Shown here: piece by piece, positions 1 to 5,783 of the stretch
How the letters are laid out: each line of letters opens with the position of its first letter
Numbering within the stretch: the stretch's first letter is position 1
Source of the DNA: an uncultured Deinococcales bacterium
GTDB lineage: Bacteria > Deinococcota > Deinococci > Deinococcales > JAAFIG01
Assembly: GCA_964244895.1 (NCBI GenBank)
Contig: CAXTKV010000165.1
Coordinates: forward strand, 1-12,058
DNA length: 12,058 bases
Direction: 5' to 3'
Position numbers and translations under genes: made by a program
The notes under the pieces: generated by a model
What the model was told of the DNA's origin: nothing
What the model saw: only the letters and a program-made list of their open reading frames with translations
The model's database searches: none

Positions 1-2
1 CG

Positions 3-140
3 GAACTCTACGAGCTGCTGAGGGCGCAGTTGGTCGCTTACGTCAAGGATCACCCCAACTACCTCCACGAGATTCAGGCGCAACGACGTGCCTTGGCGGG
101 ACGATTGGGGGCGTCAGTCCGTTACCGCAACGTGCTATGA
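3..140 (+). CDS. 3' end of a hypothetical protein (partial, enters from the left edge)
   Basis: Frame 3 is open from the window edge to TGA at 138-140 (ELYELLRAQLVAYVKDHPNYLHEIQAQRRALAGRLGASVRYRNVL*), with protein-like composition. Not in the ORF track because it has no start codon in the window. Confidence 0.6.
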   Translation, partial: ELYELLRAQLVAYVKDHPNYLHEIQAQRRALAGRLGASVRYRNVL

Positions 141-269
141 GGCGCGCCCAGCCGCTTCGCGGTCATTTCGCGGGTGCCGAAGCGCTGTTCAACATTCCCT
201 CGTGCCCCGGTCTGATGTTTAAGAGACCCCGACAGGTTGTAGGACCCATCGAGGCCCGGCCATCGCGGT

Positions 270-275
270 TACGAT
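270..275 (+). promoter_or_regulatory. -10 box (TACGAT) of a probable leaderless promoter
   Basis: TAnnnT hexamer exactly 6 nt upstream of GTG 282, the geometry typical of Deinococcus leaderless mRNAs. Confidence 0.55.
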
Positions 276-281
276 GGGGCG

Positions 282-692
282 GTGATGATACCGACCGAAC
301 GCATGGACGAGATGATCGGCACGCTCCCGACGCTGCTCACCAGAAGACCGCAGACGGTCGAGGAGGTCCGCCAGTTCTTCAACATCAGCCCCGCCGAGGT
401 GAAGGCGTTGCTCGCCGAGGCCCGCGCCAGGGGCGTAGTCGGCAAGGTCGGGCGGATGCGCTCCGCCAGCGTGTACGCCGCCCGCTCGACGGGCGACGGT
501 TTCCCGCTCCCGGCCAGCATCAGCCTCGACAACACCGACGAGGCCAGACGCTTCGGCCCGCGCACGCTCACCCTGCCCGCCGAGCTGGTCGAGGCCCTCG
601 CGGGCGCCTCGGACGAGCGCTTCTGGCCGCAGCACGCGGTGGAACTGCTCCGCAAGCGCCTTCGGGTTCCGCCCCCGGCTCGCGGCGGCTGA
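282..692 (+). CDS. hypothetical protein, probably DNA-binding (N-terminal winged-HTH-like region, C-terminal ribbon-helix-helix-like segment)
   Basis: 136-aa ORF with high GC3. PQTVEEVRQFFNISPAEVKALLAEARARGVVGKVG has a wHTH pattern, and RTLTLPAELVEAL resembles an RHH strand-helix. Domain calls are by eye. Confidence 0.7.
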   Translation: MMIPTERMDEMIGTLPTLLTRRPQTVEEVRQFFNISPAEVKALLAEARARGVVGKVGRMRSASVYAARSTGDGFPLPASISLDNTDEARRFGPRTLTLPAELVEALAGASDERFWPQHAVELLRKRLRVPPPARGG

Positions 693-705
693 GGGCCACC
701 GACCC

Positions 706-1401
706 TTGAGCGCCGACCCACAGAAGCGCAGAACGCCGTCCGGGACGCCGGTCTCGGCGTTCGTCACCGTCCCCTGGGGGCGGCGGTACGCGCCGGTTCG
801 GCGCGCCCTGGAGCTCGTAGATCGGGTGCATGGCGACGGCGACCTCGATCTGATCGCCGTCCGCTCCGATCGCCTCGGGCCGCGCACCGCCGGGGGCTAC
901 GCCACCTTCAACGGGCGGCCCGAGGCGATCCTCTTCAACGCGGGGCACCGGATCACCGTCAGCACAGCACTCGAGGAGGTCGCGCACATGCTCGACCACC
1001 AGGTGCTCGGAGGCGGCGAGGCGTGGGCCTCGACCCGGCCCGACGGGGCTATCGGCAGCGTCCTCGACGCGATCCGCGCCACTCTCACCTTCCAGCAGGT
1101 GGCGGGCTACCGGTTCGGGCAGACCGTCCGCCTGCGGCGCGGCGACCAGGTCCTCAACGCCCTGATCCACGACGAGGCGGAACTCGAGTACGAGCGCTCG
1201 ATCACCGAGTGGTTCGCCCGCGCCTACGTCCAGTTCATCGCCACCGTGACCGGTGACCAGGAGCTGCTCACGGAGATTGCGACCTTTCGCTCCACGCCCG
1301 AGCGCGAGCTGCGGTATCCTCGAGCCTGGAGCGACGAAGAGTTCGCGCCGGTGGCGCGGGCGCTCGAGGAAGCCCTCCTCGGCAGGGGCTGGATGCGATG
1401 A
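706..1401 (+). CDS. zincin-like metallopeptidase-fold protein with an EExxH variant motif
   Basis: 231-aa ORF, TTG start with GAGGG upstream. It has AGGY...AILF strands, TALEEVAHMLDH at the HExxH position, and a downstream EWFARAY third-ligand-like helix reminiscent of LPD1/MuF-associated metallopeptidase domains. Confidence 0.75.
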   Translation: MSADPQKRRTPSGTPVSAFVTVPWGRRYAPVRRALELVDRVHGDGDLDLIAVRSDRLGPRTAGGYATFNGRPEAILFNAGHRITVSTALEEVAHMLDHQVLGGGEAWASTRPDGAIGSVLDAIRATLTFQQVAGYRFGQTVRLRRGDQVLNALIHDEAELEYERSITEWFARAYVQFIATVTGDQELLTEIATFRSTPERELRYPRAWSDEEFAPVARALEEALLGRGWMR

Positions 1402-1769
1402 CGAAACGGAAGAGCGACGCGAAGGGAAAACGGGCCGTGACGGCGCGGGGTAAGGCCAAAACCAAGGCCCGCTCCAAGTCGCGCCCGGCGACGATGGCTG
1501 CGACCGGGCGCTCGAGCGGTGCGCGGGTCGGGGTGGCCCCATCCGTGCAGGCGTCGGTGTCGTTCGGCCTTTTGCTCGGCGGGTCGAACCGCTCGAGCGC
1601 CTCGAGACCTGCGGTCGCCTCCGGGGAGATTGAAGCCGAACTCGCCATCCAGCGCGCGATGATGTTCGACGGCTGCGACCGCGAGGAGGCGGAGCGCCGA
1701 TACGGCAAGGCGCACCAGCGCGGCGAGACCGTTTCGGTCGGTGGCAAGCGGCTGCGCTTCGGGCCCTAG
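1398..1769 (+). CDS. small hypothetical protein with a K/R-rich low-complexity N-terminus
   Basis: ATGA overlap (1398-1401) with the upstream stop suggests translational coupling. The C-terminal ~45 aa look folded (EIEAELAIQRAMMFDGCDREEAERRY...). Confidence 0.65.
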   Translation: MTKRKSDAKGKRAVTARGKAKTKARSKSRPATMAATGRSSGARVGVAPSVQASVSFGLLLGGSNRSSASRPAVASGEIEAELAIQRAMMFDGCDREEAERRYGKAHQRGETVSVGGKRLRFGP

Positions 1770-1965
1770 CCGGGCTGTCGCTGGAGTAAAAACGGAAAGT
1801 CGGGTTAGCGGCATAAACGCCGTGCAGCACGTCACTCATCGTCGTTCAGCCACGCCAGTTCGAGTTCCCAGAGCGCGTTCGGGTCGCGCAGAGGCCGCAA
1901 ATCCCCGCCCTCCACGCCGGGCGCGAGCTGGAAATAGCCTGTCTGTAGAGCAGCTTTTTCAAATC

Positions 1966-1990
1966 GTGGTAGCGAGTGCTACCACTTTTC
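1966..1990 (+). terminator. rho-independent terminator
   Basis: GTGGTAGC-GAGT-GCTACCAC (8-bp perfect stem, 1966-1985) followed by TTTTC, lying between convergent genes. It may also act weakly on the - strand. Confidence 0.65.
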
Positions 1991-2002
1991 CTTGTACCCA
2001 GT

Positions 2003-3076
2003 TCAACCCAACGTCCTGAGGGCCTCGAGCTTATCCTTGGCCTCGCGCCCGACTTCATCATCGAGCTTGGCGTAGAGCGCCGCTGTATTGACGTCCGCGT
2101 GCCCAAGCAACTCGGCGACCGCCCGCAGGTCCCGCGTCGCCCGGTAGAGGTGCGTGCCGGTCGTGCGCCGCAGGACGTGGACGCCCGAAACCCGCGCCCC
2201 AAGGCTCGAGAAGTACGCATTGATCACATATCGCGCCCCGGCGTGGTGCAAGCGCTTGCCGAAGCCGGATCTCGAGAAACTCACCAGCAAGGCGTGCGTC
2301 GTGATCCGACCCTCGAGTTCGAGCGCTCGCCTGACCTCGAGCCAGGCCTCGAGGATCGCTACGTCGTTCGCGTGTAACGGCACCCGGCGCGGCTTGCTGC
2401 CCTTGCCGAGGACCGTCACCGACTTCTGCCCGAAGTCGAGATCGGGCAGGTCTAGGGCGCACATCTCCCGCGCCCGCAAGCCGAGGCTGCCACCGAGCGC
2501 GATGATCACCCGATCTCGAGCGGCCAGCGCATCGTTCTCACGGGTATCGGGCAAGTGGGTGAGGTCGTTGTACTGTGCCACGCTGAGCACGCCCTTGACG
2601 ACCCGCTTGCCCGGATCGCGCGGGGCCTTGACCTCGAGCGCCGGGTTGTTCACGGTCGCCCCCGCCCAGATCAGGGCGCGGTAGAGGGCGCGGACGGCGC
2701 TCAAATAGGCCGCGACCGTGCCGGGTTTCAGGCGCGGGTTCTCCGGCTCACGTTGGGCATTCACATCGCGCCCGCGCTCTTGAAGGGCGACCATCCAGGT
2801 CTCGAGGTCATCCTCGGTGACGCGCAAGAGTTCCAGGCGGTTCGGATCCAACGCTGTCTCCCCGCTGCACCAGCCTATCCAGCGGGCGATGCCGGTGCGG
2901 TAGAGCGCGAGCGTCAGCTTCGAGGTGTCAGCCTTGCGGGCGGACTTCTTGGTGAGGTAGACCTCGAGCAACTCGTGCAGCGCCTCGAGATCCCCGGCGT
3001 GGGCGGCTCTGGCGGCCTCGCGCTTTCTCGAGTCGGGTTGGCTCCACTTCGAGTGCAGGACCAGTTCGAGGCTCAT
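2003..3076 (-). CDS. tyrosine recombinase/integrase (XerC/XerD-like, probable plasmid resolvase)
   Basis: 357 aa with the full catalytic set: R (GLRAREM), K (VLGKGSKPRRVPL), HxxR (HVLRRT), H (LLGHA) and Y (TAALYAK), plus an N-terminal core-binding region. Confidence 0.96.
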   Translation of the reverse strand: MSLELVLHSKWSQPDSRKREAARAAHAGDLEALHELLEVYLTKKSARKADTSKLTLALYRTGIARWIGWCSGETALDPNRLELLRVTEDDLETWMVALQERGRDVNAQREPENPRLKPGTVAAYLSAVRALYRALIWAGATVNNPALEVKAPRDPGKRVVKGVLSVAQYNDLTHLPDTRENDALAARDRVIIALGGSLGLRAREMCALDLPDLDFGQKSVTVLGKGSKPRRVPLHANDVAILEAWLEVRRALELEGRITTHALLVSFSRSGFGKRLHHAGARYVINAYFSSLGARVSGVHVLRRTTGTHLYRATRDLRAVAELLGHADVNTAALYAKLDDEVGREAKDKLEALRTLG

Positions 3077-3082
3077 GCCCCT

Positions 3083-3091
3083 ACTTTAGCA
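3083..3091 (-). promoter_or_regulatory. extended -10 (TGC-TAAAGT) of a leaderless promoter for the recombinase
   Basis: The minus strand reads TGCTAAAGT-AGGGGC-ATG, placing TAnnnT 6 nt before the ATG at 3076. Confidence 0.6.
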
Positions 3092-3092
3092 C

Positions 3093-3124
3093 AAGCTTGT
3101 ATTTAGTGTTCTAAATACAAGCTT
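3093..3124. repeat. perfect inverted repeat, candidate recombinase crossover/operator site
   Basis: AAGCTTGTATTTAG-TGTT-CTAAATACAAGCTT (14-4-14, equivalently 13-6-13 with asymmetric spacer GTGTTC), immediately upstream of the recombinase promoter. Confidence 0.8.
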
Positions 3125-3138
3125 AGTAAGAGGGTTGA

Positions 3139-3162
3139 TTTACCCGCATTGATGCGGGTAAA
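3139..3162. repeat. perfect inverted repeat, candidate parS-like/operator site
   Basis: TTTACCCGCAT-TG-ATGCGGGTAAA (11-2-11), 14 bp from the first palindrome and upstream of the ParB-like gene. Confidence 0.75.
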
Positions 3163-3264
3163 CTCAGAAGTCCAAGGAGAAGTTTTCATCGTCCGAGACG
3201 GGAAGCTCGAGGAGGCGGACCGTGAGCAAAACCAAAATCTTGTTCGAGAGCCAGGGATGACCGG

Positions 3265-3819
3265 GTGGATGTGATCGCTCGAGTGGACGGCGTGCTGCGC
3301 GAGGTGGCCAGGAGCACCGACGGCACGAAACGCGAGGCCGCCCGACTGATCCGGCGCATCGACAACGAGCGCCGTGGGCACGTGCGCATATCCGTGGGTC
3401 GCTCGCGCCAGCGCGAGGTGGTCAGCCTCGTCAACGCGGCGGGGTGGACGGTCAGGGAGTTTGTCGAGCGCAAGTTGCCCCTGCTCGAGTTGCCCGAGGA
3501 TTTGAAGGCGCTCGTCAAGCGTGGGGTGCTCGCGCCGACCAAGGCACTCGAGCTGCGAAAGATTGCCGATGGGGAGGTCAGGAAGGCTCAAGCCTTTGAA
3601 GTGATCGAAAAGCGCATCAGCCTGCGCGAGCTGCGCGGCCACTTGACGCCGAAGGTTGCGCCCGCCTCGAGCCAGCAGGCGGACCTCGACTGGATCGCGC
3701 TCGAAGTCTCCAGGGCCCTCGGCCTGCGCGTGCGGCTCTCCCCTACCGAAATCAGAATCGAGTACGGCGATGGCGATCAGCTCGCGGGGTTGCTCGAGCG
3801 GCTTGGTGTGGAACTCTGA
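3265..3819 (+). CDS. ParB/Spo0J-family protein lacking the N-terminal CTP-binding (ParBc) domain; truncated or frameshifted
   Basis: WTVREFVERKLPLLELPEDLKALVKRGVLAPTKALELRKI...ISLRELR matches the ParB HTH/KorB region. IRIEYGDGDQLAGLLERLG matches the Spo0J C-terminal dimerisation domain. There is no GxRR motif, and an in-frame TGA lies at 3223-3225. Confidence 0.8.
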   Translation: MDVIARVDGVLREVARSTDGTKREAARLIRRIDNERRGHVRISVGRSRQREVVSLVNAAGWTVREFVERKLPLLELPEDLKALVKRGVLAPTKALELRKIADGEVRKAQAFEVIEKRISLRELRGHLTPKVAPASSQQADLDWIALEVSRALGLRVRLSPTEIRIEYGDGDQLAGLLERLGVEL

Positions 3820-4021
3820 ATGGTTTGGGCGAGTGGCCTGGCCCGACTAGGACCAGGGCTTCTGGCAGCGGAGCGGAATGCGACGAGGTGTCTGGGCGGC
3901 GAACGCGTTAAGACGCGTGATTTTTGAGGCTTGTGCTCAATGTATTGATTTTGGTAATCGAAGTTTCAGGCTACGAAGTGCAAATCACTCCGTATTGAAC
4001 GAACTCTTGATCCAATCCAAT

Positions 4022-4371
4022 ACAGCGATCAAACACCGATGTGAAGTACTAACAGGTATGAAAGTAGAGTCAAAGAGACATCCGGAGTTAGGAATTCGAC
4101 CCACAATTCAGCGCCTCTGAAACGGCCTTGAACCTCACTTCCGGCGTGGCCTGCACCGTGGCCGAACCACCTGGACGTGTTCTGGTTTGCCCTTGGAAGT
4201 CGTTTTTAAGACCAATTTGAACTGCTCGAGGGTTTTGGCCTGCATGGTGATTGTAAAACGATGATTGGGATTGACTCTGAATCGTAACGCAAATCCCTAA
4301 CTCCACTTATGTCTTTTTCTCTACTTTCATGCCTAACACGATCTGAAAACTTCACGCTACTCTGAGGCTGT
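4022..4371. repeat. long imperfect inverted repeat (fold-back element) in a low-GC intergenic region
   Basis: Nested complementary blocks: ACAGC 4022-4026/4367-4371, GTGAAGT 4041-4047/4349-4355, ATGAAAGTAGAG 4058-4069/4319-4330, AAAGAGACAT 4072-4081/4309-4318 (1 mismatch), GGAGTTAGG 4084-4092/4296-4304 and ACAATTCAG 4103-4111/4277-4285 (1 mismatch). Confidence 0.8.
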
Positions 4372-4395
4372 CTGCGGCTCCCGTTCGCCTTCGCT

Positions 4396-4788
4396 TCAGG
4401 TCTCCCCTTTCAAGTAGGCTTCGACCCAGGCGCGCAGGTCTTCGTCCGTACGCAACCGCTCCAGGAGCGCGATGTAGACCGCGCCCACGCCCCGGCCCTC
4501 GAGCTGGCGGCGCAGGCCGTGCGCCAGGTCCTCGGCGAGTTCGTGCAGGTCGAGCGGTACCTTCACCCCTGTCTGGACCAGGCGAGCGTCGCGCAGATCG
4601 CGCATGGACCGAGCCTCTTCGCCCAATCGTGTACTCGAGTTTATAATGTCATTGTGTAATGACGTAAAGGTGTCATCACGCGGTGCCGCCTTCGTGTCAC
4701 CTTCATGTGGTGTCGAGGCACGCGCCCTCTCGATCCCGGCGAGCACGTCGTCCAGCCCAGACTTTAGCTTGTTGCCCTTAGCGGCCAC
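4396..4788 (-). CDS. small ParA-partner, putative centromere-binding protein (type Ib-like)
   Basis: 130 aa, GTG start overlapping the parA stop by 11 nt. It has a basic/amphipathic N-terminal peptide (MAAKGNKLKSGLDDVLAG), a disordered linker and an RHH-like LVQTGVKVPLDLHELAEDLA segment. Confidence 0.75.
   Translation of the reverse strand: MAAKGNKLKSGLDDVLAGIERARASTPHEGDTKAAPRDDTFTSLHNDIINSSTRLGEEARSMRDLRDARLVQTGVKVPLDLHELAEDLAHGLRRQLEGRGVGAVYIALLERLRTDEDLRAWVEAYLKGET
4644..4715. repeat. 8-bp-period repeat array inside the ParA-partner gene (candidate centromere)
   Basis: In register: TAATGTCA TTGTGTAA TGACGTAA AGGTGTCA TCACGCGG TGCCGCCT TCGTGTCA CCTTCATG TGGTGTCG, consensus nnnYGTMA. Confidence 0.65.
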
Positions 4789-5389
4789 GAGACACCCCCT
4801 TCGCCTTCCTCAGGCCCTCGAACCCCGGCAGAGCCATTAGTTCCTCGAACACGCCCTCGTACTCGGCCCCGGCCAGATTGTAGGTGTTCGCCGCCTCGCG
4901 GTAGACCTTGAGTCGATGGATCACCGTTTCGAAGACCGGCAGGCCGAGTTGGCGGAAGCGGTCGCGGGTGCGCTCCCCATCGGTGGCGGGGTAGGTGGGG
5001 GCAAGGGTCACCAGAACGCGCCAGTTCGCCGAGCCGAGCTGCTGCGCGAGAGCGAGTACTGGCTCGATTGAGAGCCGGTCGGGGATGAGCGGCAGAATCA
5101 TCAGGTCCACGCCGCGCGCGATCTTCGGCAGATTGTCGCCCTCGGGGTTGCCGGGCAGGTCGTAGACGACGTGGCTGTAGGTGGTGACAAAGCGGAGGTG
5201 TTCTTCGTTCTCGAGGATATCGAAGCCCAGATCGTGGCCCTTCCAGGTGCTGAGACTGCGGTTGCGGCTGTCGGCGTCCACCGCGAGGACAGGTTCTCCT
5301 GTGCGGCGGGCGAGCAGAGCAGCGAGGTTGAGGGCGGTGGTGGTCTTGCCCACGCCTCCCTTGTTGCCGCTAACGGCGATGAATGCCAT
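4778..5389 (-). CDS. parA: ParA family partition ATPase (short type, no N-terminal HTH)
   Basis: Deviant Walker A NKGGVGKTT, A' VLAVDADS and Walker B VVYDLPG. ATG at 5389 with a strong RBS AAGGAGGA (5393-5400), giving 203 aa. Confidence 0.95.
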   Translation of the reverse strand: MAFIAVSGNKGGVGKTTTALNLAALLARRTGEPVLAVDADSRNRSLSTWKGHDLGFDILENEEHLRFVTTYSHVVYDLPGNPEGDNLPKIARGVDLMILPLIPDRLSIEPVLALAQQLGSANWRVLVTLAPTYPATDGERTRDRFRQLGLPVFETVIHRLKVYREAANTYNLAGAEYEGVFEELMALPGFEGLRKAKGVSRGR

Positions 5390-5405
5390 GCTTCCTCCTT
5401 GCACT

Positions 5406-5469
5406 CGAGATCAACGCGTAATGGTGTAATTACGTCAACGCGTGGTGAGATTATCGTATCACCGTGACC
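5406..5469. repeat. 8-bp-period repeat array upstream of parA (candidate centromere/operator)
   Basis: CGAGATCA ACGCGTAA TGGTGTAA TTACGTCA ACGCGTGG TGAGATTA TCGTATCA CCGTGACC, the same nnnYRTMA consensus as 4644-4715. Confidence 0.7.
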
Positions 5470-5482
5470 TCGCCAGGTGCAA
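5453..5482 (-). promoter_or_regulatory. putative sigma70-type parA promoter
   Basis: Minus strand TTGCAC (5482-5477), 18-bp spacer, TACGAT (5458-5453). It overlaps the repeat array. Confidence 0.45.
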
Positions 5483-5783
5483 CACGCGCCAGGGTTCCGC
5501 TGTGGACAGCCTTCTACGCGATTTGCACCAGAGCACCAGCGTGAGAGCCTCCTCCCCATCCACGAGCCCTGAGGCGTGCGCAGGGTATGCAGGTGCGCTG
5601 AAGCAACTCGAGAGCGCGGGCTTGTGGATGCCTCCGAGGGCGGGCAGGGGAGACCAGCTGACTCGAGCGAGGGCGCTGGCGCCCAAGCGCATCGAAAGCT
5701 CGGGAAAGGCGATGCTCGCACTAAGCGCTCTAAATGCAAGCTCTAAGCCACAGGTATCATGCAAGCTTCACGCCTTCTTCGCC

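Noticed and set aside
3382..3399. Possible degenerate in-gene copy of palindrome 2 within the ParB-like ORF
   Set aside because: Only about 10 of 18 positions match and the symmetry is lost.
3878..4306. ORFs 3878-4120 (+) and 4088-4306 (-) with mirrored peptides (PELGIRPTIQ / MELGICVTIQ)
   Set aside because: The similarity is a by-product of the DNA inverted repeat. Codon usage is atypical and neither has a recognisable domain.
4022..4371. Retron msr-msd, CRISPR array or tracrRNA interpretation of the fold-back region
   Set aside because: There is no reverse transcriptase, Cas or TnpB gene and no regularly spaced direct repeats in the window.
4652..5445. Deinococcal RDRM (DdrO box)-like words TTGTGTAATGACGTAA (4652-4667) and TTACGTCAACGCGTGG (5430-5445)
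   Set aside because: They are 16 bp rather than the 17-bp RDRM spacing and are fully explained by the 8-bp par repeats.
5727..5767. Short duplications ATGCAAGCT (5734, 5759) and GCTCTAA
   Set aside because: Too short and too few to call iterons or a target-site duplication.
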